From the NCBI RefSeq assembly GCF_988242995.1, contig NZ_OZ547043.1: a stretch of 64,000 nt of DNA; one strand, 5' to 3'. Positions 52,022-64,000 of this stretch are shown here, piece after piece. The notes beneath the pieces are model-generated. The model was not told the origin of the DNA. It saw only the letters and a list, made by a program, of their open reading frames with translations, and searched no databases. The number at the start of each line of letters is the position of its first letter. The first letter of the stretch is position 1. The translations under genes were made by a program, and so were the position numbers.

Positions 52022-52561
52022 GTGAATAAATCAATGTTGGCGGGTATCGGGATTGGTGTCGCAGCTGCGTTGGGCGTAGCGGCAGTGGCCAGTCTGAACG
52101 TGTTTGAACGTGGCCCGCAATACGCTCAGGTTGTTTCTGCAACCCCAATCAAGGAAACGGTTAAAACACCGCGTCAGGAGTGTCGCAACGTCACAGTGAC
52201 CCATCGTCGACCGGTGCAGGATGAAAATCGCATTACCGGGTCGGTGCTCGGCGCTGTTGCTGGCGGCGTGATAGGGCATCAGTTTGGCGGTGGTCGCGGT
52301 AAAGATGTCGCCACTGTTGTGGGGGCGCTGGGAGGTGGCTATGCCGGTAACCAGATCCAGGGCTCTCTCCAGGAAAGCGATACTTACACGACTACGCAAC
52401 AGCGTTGTAAAACGGTGTATGACAAGTCAGAAAAAATGCTCGGTTATGATGTGACCTATAAGATTGGCGATCAGCAGGGCAAAATCCGCATGGACCGCGA
52501 TCCGGGTACGCAGATCCCGCTAGATAGCAACGGGCAACTGATTTTGAATAACAAAGTATAA
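52022..52561 (+). CDS. ycfJ: Gly-rich membrane/lipoprotein-like protein YcfJ
   Basis: Track ORF 51983..52561; GTG 52022 preceded by SD AAGGAGG gives 179 aa (MNKSMLAGIGIGVAAALG). Confidence 0.88.
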   Translation: MNKSMLAGIGIGVAAALGVAAVASLNVFERGPQYAQVVSATPIKETVKTPRQECRNVTVTHRRPVQDENRITGSVLGAVAGGVIGHQFGGGRGKDVATVVGALGGGYAGNQIQGSLQESDTYTTTQQRCKTVYDKSEKMLGYDVTYKIGDQQGKIRMDRDPGTQIPLDSNGQLILNNKV

Positions 52562-52583
52562 CAAGGCTGTACTCTGCAATTTA

Positions 52584-52617
52584 GCCCCTCATTCGCTCAG
52601 GCTGAGGGGCTTTTTTT
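52584..52617. terminator. bidirectional intrinsic terminator between convergent ycfJ and comR
   Basis: GCCCCTCA-n11-TGAGGGGC hairpin followed by T7 on the plus strand. Confidence 0.65.
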
Positions 52618-52622
52618 GCGCC

Positions 52623-53255
52623 TTATTTCACCAGTTCGGGCCATAAACGCAAAGTCGTTCGGACAATCTGCATCAGTTTTTCCAGCGATGCACCTTCGCG
52701 TGCGCTGATCGACATCCCCTGAATAATACAATTAAGGAATTCAGCCAGATGCGTCACGTCACAGTGGGTCGGGATTTCACCGCGCGCTTGTCGTTGACAT
52801 AAAAACTGCTGCAAAGTGCGCTCTTGCATCGCATGGCGTGATTTCAGCGTATTGCCGATATCTCCGGAATCTGGGGAGAGGGTGGTGCAGTTGTTGATCA
52901 TGAAGCAGCCTGCCGGGGTGTCTTTGCTGGTAAAGCAGTTGGCGATGGCAGCAAAATAGTCAGCCAGCGCAGACTCCACGCTTTTCTCTTCACAAAACAG
53001 CTGTGCTTCATGCTTAGCGGCAAAACGATCGATATAGCGGTCGAGAACGGCGCGAAATAACCCCTCTTTGTTGGTAAATTCCGCGTATAGCGTGGGCGCT
53101 TTGGCTCCGGTCGCTTCGACGAGGTCCGCAAGAGAAGTCGCTTCATAACCGTGTTGCCAGAACAATTTCATGGCCTTATCAAGCGCTGCATCCCTGTCGA
53201 ACACTTTTGGGCGGCCACGGCTTTTTTTTACACATTGTGTTGAGTCAGTTGCCAT
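52623..53255 (-). CDS. comR: TetR-family copper-responsive repressor ComR (YcfQ)
   Basis: Track ORF 52623..53333 trimmed to ATG (plus 53253-53255, MATDSTQCVKKSRGRPKVFDRD) giving 210 aa with an N-terminal TetR HTH. Confidence 0.88.
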   Translation of the reverse strand: MATDSTQCVKKSRGRPKVFDRDAALDKAMKLFWQHGYEATSLADLVEATGAKAPTLYAEFTNKEGLFRAVLDRYIDRFAAKHEAQLFCEEKSVESALADYFAAIANCFTSKDTPAGCFMINNCTTLSPDSGDIGNTLKSRHAMQERTLQQFLCQRQARGEIPTHCDVTHLAEFLNCIIQGMSISAREGASLEKLMQIVRTTLRLWPELVK

Positions 53256-53410
53256 GATGCCGTTGTACCTGGTGACTGTGAATGAAAGGTTATTATAAAA
53301 ATAATCACCTCCGTTCACCAGTCCAGATCCCATAAAAATAATTGCTTTCTATTTAACTGAAATTTAAAGATTTTTAAATTAATTAATGATTGTTATAAAA
53401 AATATCTTGT

Positions 53411-53428
53411 ATGTGATCCAGATCACAT
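53411..53428. promoter_or_regulatory. perfect 8-2-8 palindrome ATGTGATC-CA-GATCACAT upstream of bhsA (candidate TetR-type/ComR operator)
   Basis: Inverted repeat read directly in the AT-rich comR-bhsA gap, about 70 nt upstream of the bhsA start. Confidence 0.4.
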
Positions 53429-53495
53429 CTATCATTTAGTTATCGATCGTTAAGTAATTGCTTGCGACGTCATTCATCTGCATAAGGCCACTATT

Positions 53496-53753
53496 ATGAA
53501 AAACGTAAAAACCCTCATCGCTGCGGCGATTTTAAGCTCCATGTCATTTGCCAGCTTTGCTGCTGTCGAAGTTCAGTCAACGCCAGAAGGCCAACAAAAA
53601 GTCGGTACTATCAGTGCTAACGCGGGGACAAATCTGGGATCGCTGGAAGAGCAGCTGGCGCAAAAAGCGGATGAGATGGGCGCAAAATCATTCCGTATTA
53701 CTTCTGTAACCGGTCCAAATACCCTCCATGGAACAGCAGTAATTTATAAATAA
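53496..53753 (+). CDS. bhsA: multiple stress resistance protein BhsA (YcfR, DUF1471)
   Basis: Track ORF 85 aa with signal peptide; matches recalled BhsA. Confidence 0.93.
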   Translation: MKNVKTLIAAAILSSMSFASFAAVEVQSTPEGQQKVGTISANAGTNLGSLEEQLAQKADEMGAKSFRITSVTGPNTLHGTAVIYK

Positions 53754-53779
53754 GCATTAACCCTCATTAATGCCTGCTA

Positions 53780-54500
53780 CTGCTGATTTTTTCCCCGCGA
53801 CATGCCGTGTCGCGGGGATTTTTGTGCACAGAAAACCCCCAGCTAGGCTGGGGGTTCCGGAAAGCTTTCAGCTTTGAGCCAGTTATTAAAACCCCTTTTG
53901 ATTTGTTAAAACACTTTGCGGTCTGGCAACTGCAAGTGTCAAACAAGAAATCAAAAGGGGGTCCCAATGGGGAACGAAAAGAGCTTAGCGCACACCCGAT
54001 GGAACTGTAAATATCACATAGTTTTTGCGCCAAAATACCGAAGACAGGTGTTCTACAGAGAGAAGCGTAGAGCAATAGGCAGTATTTTGAGAAAGCTGTG
54101 TGAGTGGAAAAGCGTACGGATTCTGGAAGCTGAATGCTGTGCAGATTATATCCATATGCTTGTGGAGATCCCGCCCAAAATGAGCGTATCCGGCTTTATG
54201 GGATATCTGAAAGGGAAAAGCAGTCTGATGCTTTACGAGCAGTTTGGTGATTTGAAATTCAAATACAGGAACAGGGAGTTCTGGTGCAGAGGGTACTACG
54301 TCGATACAGTGGGTAAGAACACGGCGAAGATACAGGATTACATAAAGCACCAGCTTGAAGAGGATAAAATGGGAGAGCAGTTATCGATTCCCTATCCGGG
54401 CAGCCCGTTTACGGGCCGTAAGTAACGAAGTTGGATGCAAATGTCAGATCGTGTGCGCCTGTTAGGGCGCGGCTGGTAAGAGAGCCTTATAGGCGCATTT
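53780..54500 (+). mobile_element. IS200-type insertion sequence (IS200/IS605 family); ends approximate (about +/-25 bp)
   Basis: Contains an IS200 TnpA ORF, a 5' hairpin with flanking T-runs (53793-53817) and an RBS-sequestering stem-loop (53893-53959); the bhsA-ldtC gap is about 790 bp against a much shorter gap recalled for K-12. Confidence 0.8.
53967..54425 (+). CDS. tnpA: IS200 transposase TnpA (HUH/Y1 single-strand transposase)
   Basis: Track ORF 53916..54425 trimmed to ATG 53967: MGNEKSLAHTRWNCKYHIVFAPKYRR... 152 aa, near-identical to recalled IS200 TnpA. Confidence 0.92.
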   Translation: MGNEKSLAHTRWNCKYHIVFAPKYRRQVFYREKRRAIGSILRKLCEWKSVRILEAECCADYIHMLVEIPPKMSVSGFMGYLKGKSSLMLYEQFGDLKFKYRNREFWCRGYYVDTVGKNTAKIQDYIKHQLEEDKMGEQLSIPYPGSPFTGRK

Positions 54501-54506
54501 GAAAAA

Positions 54507-54540
54507 CCTCCGGCTATGCCGGAGGATATTTATTTTTATC
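54507..54540. terminator. bidirectional hairpin terminator next to the ldtC 3' end (probably the native bhsA/ldtC terminator)
   Basis: CCTCCGGC-tat-GCCGGAGG hairpin 54507-54525 with an A-run before and ATATTTATTTTTA after. Confidence 0.55.
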
Positions 54541-54546
54541 CAGGAT

Positions 54547-55509
54547 TTACAGAGTTTGTGGGCTCACTTGATGACGGCGGACATCCACCGGCATCCCGGA
54601 ACGGACATCCATCACATGTTGCATCACTTCAGCGTCAGTTTGTGCTGCATCTTTAAATGATTGCATTGCGCTATTCAGCGTAATTGGCAGCAGCTGCGGA
54701 TCGTCATCAATCTTCTCTGACAGCGGCTGATGTACTTCAACCAGACGCGCACCGTTTGGTTCGGCAGAGACTTTTATCGGAGTGTTGATGATATTCACTT
54801 TGGTGCCTGGGGTGACCTGGCTAAAGAGTGTTTTGATATCGTCATCACGCAGACGAATACAGCCAGAACTTACCCGCATGCCAATGCCGAAATCGGCGTT
54901 CGTACCGTGAAGCAAATAAACACCGCCATAGGCCGCCAGACGAATCGCATGATGGCCCATTGGGTTATCCGGTCCAGCCGGAACTACCGCAGGCAACTCA
55001 ATTCCCTGTGCTTTATAACGGGCGCGGATGTTTGCCGTTGGCGTCCAGGTTGGGTTTGCACGTTTGTCTGAAACGGTGGTCACCATTGTCGGTGTCAGCG
55101 TGTCACCACCCAACTGACCAATGCCGATGGGATACACGGTTACCGAATTTTTACCCGGCGGGTAGTAATAGAGACGCAGCTCCGCAATGTTGATCACAAT
55201 GCCTTCGCGCGGCGCGTCTGGAAGTAGGGTTTGCAACGGGATCGTTAACACGCTACCCGCGCGCGGTACGTAAGGATCAACACCGGGGTTAGCCTGTAAC
55301 AGAGCGAGAAAGCCGACGTTATATTTTTTGGCGATGGCTTCCAGAGAACCACCGTCATTTTCCACCACATGAAATTTGTTTTCGCCAACCAGACGACTGC
55401 CCGCTGGCGGCAGCGGCCAGGTGTTGGCTTTTGCCGGTAGCGCCAGCGCCACGGCAGCGGCGAACGTAAAAAACGTTAGCCAGCGAGAAAAACGCGTTTT
55501 GATCATCAC
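54547..55509 (-). CDS. ldtC: L,D-transpeptidase LdtC (YcfS)
   Basis: Track ORF 54547..55512 (TTG); GTG at plus 55507-55509 gives 320 aa starting MMIKTRFSRW; start ambiguous among TTG/GTG/ATG within 3 codons. Confidence 0.9.
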   Translation of the reverse strand: MMIKTRFSRWLTFFTFAAAVALALPAKANTWPLPPAGSRLVGENKFHVVENDGGSLEAIAKKYNVGFLALLQANPGVDPYVPRAGSVLTIPLQTLLPDAPREGIVINIAELRLYYYPPGKNSVTVYPIGIGQLGGDTLTPTMVTTVSDKRANPTWTPTANIRARYKAQGIELPAVVPAGPDNPMGHHAIRLAAYGGVYLLHGTNADFGIGMRVSSGCIRLRDDDIKTLFSQVTPGTKVNIINTPIKVSAEPNGARLVEVHQPLSEKIDDDPQLLPITLNSAMQSFKDAAQTDAEVMQHVMDVRSGMPVDVRRHQVSPQTL

Positions 55510-55653
55510 CAAAAATCCATAATAAATATAAGGTTATTGTAATAAACAGATAAGCCTGAATTATGGATGGTGACAGTGTCGGATAGTGCAGGGAAGTGCA
55601 AAGAATTTGTAAATGTTGCAGATGGGGGCGCAGAAACGCCCCCAATCTAACCA

Positions 55654-58600
55654 TCAAGCGATGGCGTTCTCTTCCAGTTCACGCATAAACTGGCGTACCC
55701 ATTCGATACGCGTTTTCCGCTCACTCAAATCCTGAATAAACTTCAGGCGCGTCGGACCATCAAGGCGGTAATGCTGCGGCTGTTTTTGCAGCAAACCAAT
55801 CAGCCATGCCGGATTAACGTGATTCTTCTCGGCAAATTCGATCACGCCGCCTTTCTCATTACCTTCCAGCTTCCTGATCCCCAGTTTCTGCGCTTGCTGG
55901 CGCAGACGGGCAATATCCAGCAGGGTACGCGCCGGATCCGGCAGCAGGCCGAAGCGATCGATAAGCTCAACTTTGATCTCTTCCAGTTCGTTTTCCGTTT
56001 TGGCGCTGGCAATACGTTTATAGAACGACAAACGCGTATTCACGTCAGGAATGAAATCATCCGGCAACAGCGACGGCATCCGCAGCTCGACTTCTGTTTG
56101 CTGACTGGTGAGATCTTCCAGCGACGGCTCGCGTCCGGCTTTCAGCGCATCGACGGCGTTTTCCAGCAACTCCATATACAGCGAGAAACCGATAGTTTCC
56201 ATTGAGCCACTTTGTTCTTCGCCAAGCAGTTCACCCGCGCCGCGAATCTCCAGATCGTGCGTTGCCAGCGCAAAACCTGCCCCGAGATCTTCCAGCGAGG
56301 CAATCGCTTCAAGACGTTTTTGCGCATCGGTAGTCATCGCTTTTGGATGCGGCGTCAGCAGCCATGCATATGCCTGATGATGCGAACGTCCGACGCGACC
56401 GCGCAACTGGTGCAGCTGCGCCAGACCGAAGTGATCCGCGCGTTCAATGATAATGGTGTTGGCTGTCGGGATGTCGATCCCGGTTTCGATAATGGTGGTA
56501 CAAACCAGCACGTTGAAACGTTGATGATGGAAATCATTCATCACCCGTTCCAGTTCGCGCTCACGCATCTGCCCGTGACCGATGGCAATCCGCGCTTCTG
56601 GCACCAGTTCCGCCAGCCGTTCGGCGGCTTTCTGGATGTTTTCCACATCATTGTAAAGATAATAAACCTGCCCCCCGCGCAAAATTTCACGCAGGATCGC
56701 CTCCCTGACCACCAGACTGTCATACTCGCGGACAAACGTTTTGACCGCCAGACGACGGGCGGGCGGCGTGGCAATAATCGACAGATCGCGCATTCCGCTC
56801 ATCGCCATATTCAGCGTACGTGGGATCGGCGTAGCGGTAAGCGTCAGAATATCCACGTTCGCGCGCATCGCTTTAATGCGCTCTTTATGACGCACCCCGA
56901 AGCGGTGTTCTTCATCGACAATCAGCAGGCCTAAATCTTTAAACTTGACGTCACTTTGCAGCAGTTTGTGCGTACCGATCAGAATATCGATTTTCCCTTC
57001 CGCCACTTCCGCAAGGATTTGCGTCTGCTCTTTGGCGCTGCGGAAACGGGAGATCATTTCGATACGTACCGGCCAGTTGGCGAAACGGTCGCGGAAGTTG
57101 TCGTAATGCTGCTGCGCGAGAAGGGTGGTAGGCACCAGCACCGCCACCTGCTTGTGGTTATCTACTGCCAGGAAAGCGGCGCGCATCGCCACTTCTGTTT
57201 TACCAAAGCCAACATCGCCGCACACCAGACGATCCATTGCCAGCGGCTGACACATGTCGCTAAGTACCGCATTAATGGCCTGTGCCTGATCCGGCGTGGT
57301 TTCAAACGGGAAGCTGTCGCAGAACAACTGATACTGCTCACGATCGTGTTTAAACGCGTAGCCCTCTTTGGCGGCGCGTTGCGCGTAGATATCCAGCAAT
57401 TCTGCCGCCACATCACGCACTTTTTCCGCCGCTTTCTGCCGCGCGCGTGACCACGCATCGCCGCCAAGTTTATGCAGCGGGGCGTTTTCTTCCGCGCCAC
57501 CGGCGTAACGGCTAATCAGATGCAGTGACGACACCGGAACATACAGTTTGGCGTCGTTGGCATAGGTGAGCATCAAATACTCGCCAGTAATGCCGCCCGC
57601 TTCCAGCGTGGTCATTCCGGCATAGCGACCGACGCCGTGCTCCAGATGGACCACCGGCTGGCCAATATGCAGCTCCGCGAGGTTGCGGATCAGTGTATCG
57701 GGGTTGATGGTGCGGCGAGAATCCTGACGACGGCGGGCAACACGTTCACCGAGCAGATCGCTTTCGCAAATCAGCGCCAGGTTACGCACCTTATCGACAA
57801 AACCATGTTCGGCAGCGCCAATCATCAGATAACGCCCACGGTCGCTGGCTTCATCAAGACGCATAATGCGTTGCGGAGCAATTTTAATTCGTGCGAGCAG
57901 TTCACCCAGCGCTTCACGGCGACCTTCACTTTCTACCGAGAACACCACCGGACCGTCGAAAGTCTCGAGGAACTTACGTAGCGCATCCAGCGGCGCTTTT
58001 TGTTGTGCCTGAACGGCCAGGTCTGGCAGTTTCTGGAAACCTAAATTGGCATTCGCGGCTTTTGTCGGTAAATGTTCAGTTTTTAGCTGCACACGCGGCC
58101 AGTTTTTCAGCTCTGAAAAGAGCTCGTCTACCCGCAGCCAGAGCGATTGTGGTGGCAACAGTGGACGCATCGGATCGACGCCGCGATTCTCAAAACGCGC
58201 CAGCGTGTCAGCCTGGAAACGTTCGGCACTGTTTTCCAGATCGCCAGTATTCACCAGCAAGGTATTGGCAGGGAAATAACTGAACAGCGGCGGCAGTGGT
58301 TCGCTGAAGAACAATGGCTGCCAGTACTCGATCCCGGCAGGTAATGTGCCTTTACTCACTTGCTGATAAATATGTTCCGGGTCGCGCTTCACTTCGAAGG
58401 TATCACGCCACTGGCTGCGGAACAGTTCAATTGCCGCTTTATCGGTCGGAAATTCGTGCGCGGGCAGCAGATTGATCTCTTCTACTTCCTCCAGCGTGCG
58501 CTGGCTATCGACGTCAAACACCCGCAGGCTGTCGATTTCATCATCAAAGAAATCAAGACGATAAGGCAGCTCACTCCCCATCGGGAAGAGATCCAGCAAC

Positions 58601-59100
58601 GCGCCGCGCGTGGCGTATTCGCCGTGCTCCATCACCTGGTCAACATGGCGATAACCGGCGCTGTCCAGTTGGGTTCGTAATGCATCTCGTGACAGGCGCT
58701 GACCTTTTTTCATCACCAGCGCATGACCGTGGAGAAAACTGTGCGGGCAAACGCGCTGCATAAGCGTATTCACCGGAACAATCAGTACGCCACGCTGCAT
58801 CGTCGGTAGCTGGTAAAGGGTGGAAAGGCGCGAGGAGATAATGTCCTGATGAGGCGAAAAACTGTCGTAGGGAAGAGTTTCCCAGTCCGCCAGATTCATC
58901 ACCATTTGATCGGTAAACTGGCTGATTTCATCATGCAAACGCAGAGCATTTTGCATATCTGGTGCAATGAGTACCACCGGACCGGCGTGACGTTCGGCAA
59001 TTTCCGCTACCAGCGTCGCGCAGGCAGCGCCGGTTAACTCGCCCAGCAGACGCTGCTCACCCGCTTTGACGGGCAGCGTATAACGATATTGTTCAGGCAT
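55654..59100 (-). CDS. mfd: transcription-repair coupling factor Mfd
   Basis: Track ORF 55654..59163 trimmed to ATG (plus 59098-59100, MPEQYRYTLPVKAGEQR), 1148 aa; superfamily 2 helicase motifs. Confidence 0.95.
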   Translation of the reverse strand: MPEQYRYTLPVKAGEQRLLGELTGAACATLVAEIAERHAGPVVLIAPDMQNALRLHDEISQFTDQMVMNLADWETLPYDSFSPHQDIISSRLSTLYQLPTMQRGVLIVPVNTLMQRVCPHSFLHGHALVMKKGQRLSRDALRTQLDSAGYRHVDQVMEHGEYATRGALLDLFPMGSELPYRLDFFDDEIDSLRVFDVDSQRTLEEVEEINLLPAHEFPTDKAAIELFRSQWRDTFEVKRDPEHIYQQVSKGTLPAGIEYWQPLFFSEPLPPLFSYFPANTLLVNTGDLENSAERFQADTLARFENRGVDPMRPLLPPQSLWLRVDELFSELKNWPRVQLKTEHLPTKAANANLGFQKLPDLAVQAQQKAPLDALRKFLETFDGPVVFSVESEGRREALGELLARIKIAPQRIMRLDEASDRGRYLMIGAAEHGFVDKVRNLALICESDLLGERVARRRQDSRRTINPDTLIRNLAELHIGQPVVHLEHGVGRYAGMTTLEAGGITGEYLMLTYANDAKLYVPVSSLHLISRYAGGAEENAPLHKLGGDAWSRARQKAAEKVRDVAAELLDIYAQRAAKEGYAFKHDREQYQLFCDSFPFETTPDQAQAINAVLSDMCQPLAMDRLVCGDVGFGKTEVAMRAAFLAVDNHKQVAVLVPTTLLAQQHYDNFRDRFANWPVRIEMISRFRSAKEQTQILAEVAEGKIDILIGTHKLLQSDVKFKDLGLLIVDEEHRFGVRHKERIKAMRANVDILTLTATPIPRTLNMAMSGMRDLSIIATPPARRLAVKTFVREYDSLVVREAILREILRGGQVYYLYNDVENIQKAAERLAELVPEARIAIGHGQMRERELERVMNDFHHQRFNVLVCTTIIETGIDIPTANTIIIERADHFGLAQLHQLRGRVGRSHHQAYAWLLTPHPKAMTTDAQKRLEAIASLEDLGAGFALATHDLEIRGAGELLGEEQSGSMETIGFSLYMELLENAVDALKAGREPSLEDLTSQQTEVELRMPSLLPDDFIPDVNTRLSFYKRIASAKTENELEEIKVELIDRFGLLPDPARTLLDIARLRQQAQKLGIRKLEGNEKGGVIEFAEKNHVNPAWLIGLLQKQPQHYRLDGPTRLKFIQDLSERKTRIEWVRQFMRELEENAIA

Positions 59101-59227
59101 AACGGTTGTCAGATTCTCGTTAGGATATGCCTCAACATATGGGGGCATATCTCTGATAAGCAATGCTGTTCATTATCCGTAATCGACATGGTTTAGCAAA
59201 TTGAATCGCCCCGGCTGGGGCGATGGC

Positions 59228-60301
59228 TTAGCGGGAGTAACTGACGGCAGCGGGCAGTGAAGGCGGGGAGAACAACAGATCGCTGAATGCACGCTGTGAA
59301 AGTTTTCTTACCAGCAAGCCCGCAACAGTACAGATGAACAAACTGACAAAGGGATAAACCAGCAGGAGTGTCAGTTCGACTTGCGGCGACCAGTGTGCCG
59401 CGTTCATTTGCGGAATCAGGCTTAAGCTGAATATTTCTACCAGAATGCGATGGGTGGTGTAGATAGCAATGGTGTTGGAGCCAATCACATTCAGCAGGCT
59501 GGTGGAGCGCATACCGAAACGTTGCTCGTACTGATAAAACAGTTTCATGATCACCACAATCGATACCAGCGACAACAGCAGCGAGATAGTAAACAACCAG
59601 GCACCGACCGCCAGAACGGTCAGCAAAGAAGCCATCAGCAGATGGCGGCGCAACGGCACCTCTTTAACGTAGGTCATTAATGTTGCGCCAAACCATGCGC
59701 CAAGGCTGTAATAAGGCAAATTGCGGATCACACTGTTCATTCCCCACCACGGCGTGGGAACGAAATTAACCGCCACACTCATCAGTACAAACAAGGCGAA
59801 TAGTGGCAGCGCCAGACGGCTAAAAATTTTACATACCACGAAATAAACAATTAACGCATACAGATACCACAAACTGGTGCTGGCGGTGATCATCCCGTGC
59901 AGGAACTCACCGGTGGAATCGGCATACGCGGCATTGGAGGCATTGCTTAAATCGCGCTCAGGTGCCAGCCACTGGTTCAGCGCACTTAACGCCAGCCACT
60001 GCACCACGCCCCAAAGCGCCAGCACCCAGAAGATGTTCCAGATGCGTTTATCGAGACAATTTCCCCACGGTACGCTGTCGATATAGCGGCGAATCAAATA
60101 GCCGGAAATAAAGAAAAAAACCGGCATACGAAAGGGGGCAAGGTAAAGATTGAAATAGATCCAGCATTTGCTCAGGACTTCCGATAACGGATGCTGAAAA
60201 GTGCTCAGATGCGGATAAAAGGTAATCACCGAGTGATAAATCACCACCAGACAAATACATAACCCTTTGATCTGGTTAATCCATAGCTCTTTTTGTTTCA
60301 T
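59228..60301 (-). CDS. ycfT: acyltransferase-3 family inner-membrane protein YcfT
   Basis: Track ORF 357 aa, polytopic membrane protein. Confidence 0.88.
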   Translation of the reverse strand: MKQKELWINQIKGLCICLVVIYHSVITFYPHLSTFQHPLSEVLSKCWIYFNLYLAPFRMPVFFFISGYLIRRYIDSVPWGNCLDKRIWNIFWVLALWGVVQWLALSALNQWLAPERDLSNASNAAYADSTGEFLHGMITASTSLWYLYALIVYFVVCKIFSRLALPLFALFVLMSVAVNFVPTPWWGMNSVIRNLPYYSLGAWFGATLMTYVKEVPLRRHLLMASLLTVLAVGAWLFTISLLLSLVSIVVIMKLFYQYEQRFGMRSTSLLNVIGSNTIAIYTTHRILVEIFSLSLIPQMNAAHWSPQVELTLLLVYPFVSLFICTVAGLLVRKLSQRAFSDLLFSPPSLPAAVSYSR

Positions 60302-60450
60302 CAGGACAACACGCTCTTTTTATTTAATATGCTGTTGATCCTGAGGGGCCAGTCGCGTGGTGTAATGCGTATCTGTCTGTATTTGGTTATTTTTCAGATA
60401 AAGATCAGGCCACAAGGCCAATGAGAAAATGAGGCCCTTTAGTCGATTGA

Positions 60451-63699
<3,249 letters not shown>

Positions 63700-63727
63700 A
63701 GGCAGTACATTAAAACAAGGAGCGGCA

Positions 63728-64000
63728 ATGTATTACGGGTTTGATATTGGTGGAACAAAAATTGCGCTTGGCGTGTTTGATAGCGGTCGGCAGTTGCAGT
63801 GGGAAAAGCGGGTGCCGACACCGCGTGACAGCTATGACGCATTTTTAGATGCAGTGTGCGAGCTGGTGGCTGAAGCCGATAAGCGTTTTGGCTGTAAAGG
63901 TTCTGTCGGCATCGGTATTCCGGGAATGCCGGAAACAGAAGATGGTACGCTGTATGCCGCCAATGTCCCCGCTGCCAGCGGTAAACCGCTGCGTGCCGAC
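63728..64000 (+). CDS. nagK: N-acetyl-D-glucosamine kinase NagK, 3'-truncated by window edge
   Basis: ATG 63728 preceded by SD AAGGAG; hand translation [34 protein letters not shown] (ROK-family N-terminus); runs off the window end so absent from the track. Confidence 0.88.
   Translation, partial: MYYGFDIGGTKIALGVFDSGRQLQWEKRVPTPRDSYDAFLDAVCELVAEADKRFGCKGSVGIGIPGMPETEDGTLYAANVPAASGKPLRAD

Noticed and set aside
55624-55643. GGGGGCG-n6-CGCCCCC hairpin just downstream of the mfd stop
   Set aside because: Strong stem but no U-tract on the mfd strand; could be a Rho-independent terminator variant or an RNA stability element, not called
55771-56934. 144-aa and 240-aa plus-strand ORFs
   Set aside because: Antisense to mfd; spurious frames in a long GC-rich gene

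Overview
This window reads as a contiguous piece of an Escherichia coli-type chromosome, syntenic with the K-12 region running from yceA/trhO to nagK. Identification rests on recalled protein sequences, gene order and motif inspection only; no database search or computation was possible. About 70 genes are packed on both strands: flagellar region I (flgNM-flgA, flgBCDEFGHIJ, flgKL), rne, rluC, the rpmF-plsX-fabHDG-acpP-fabF fatty-acid cluster, pabC-mltG-tmk-holB-ycfH, ptsG, fhuE, hinT-ycfL-lpoB-thiK-nagZ-ycfP, ndh, ycfJ, comR, bhsA, ldtC, mfd, ycfT, lolCDE and the start of nagK. I corrected many track ORF starts to internal or non-ATG start codons and hand-called two genes missing from the track (rpmF, yceO). 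The only clearly accessory DNA is two insertion sequences absent from the K-12 arrangement: a 1432-bp IS3-family element (IS1397-like) sitting exactly in the central loop of a REP palindromic unit between ndh and ycfJ, and an IS200-type element between bhsA and ldtC. I found no CRISPR array, no defence or toxin-antitoxin island and no unexplained gene cluster, so I do not think this window contains a novel system; the most interesting material is the two IS insertions and a few regulatory or repeat motifs.
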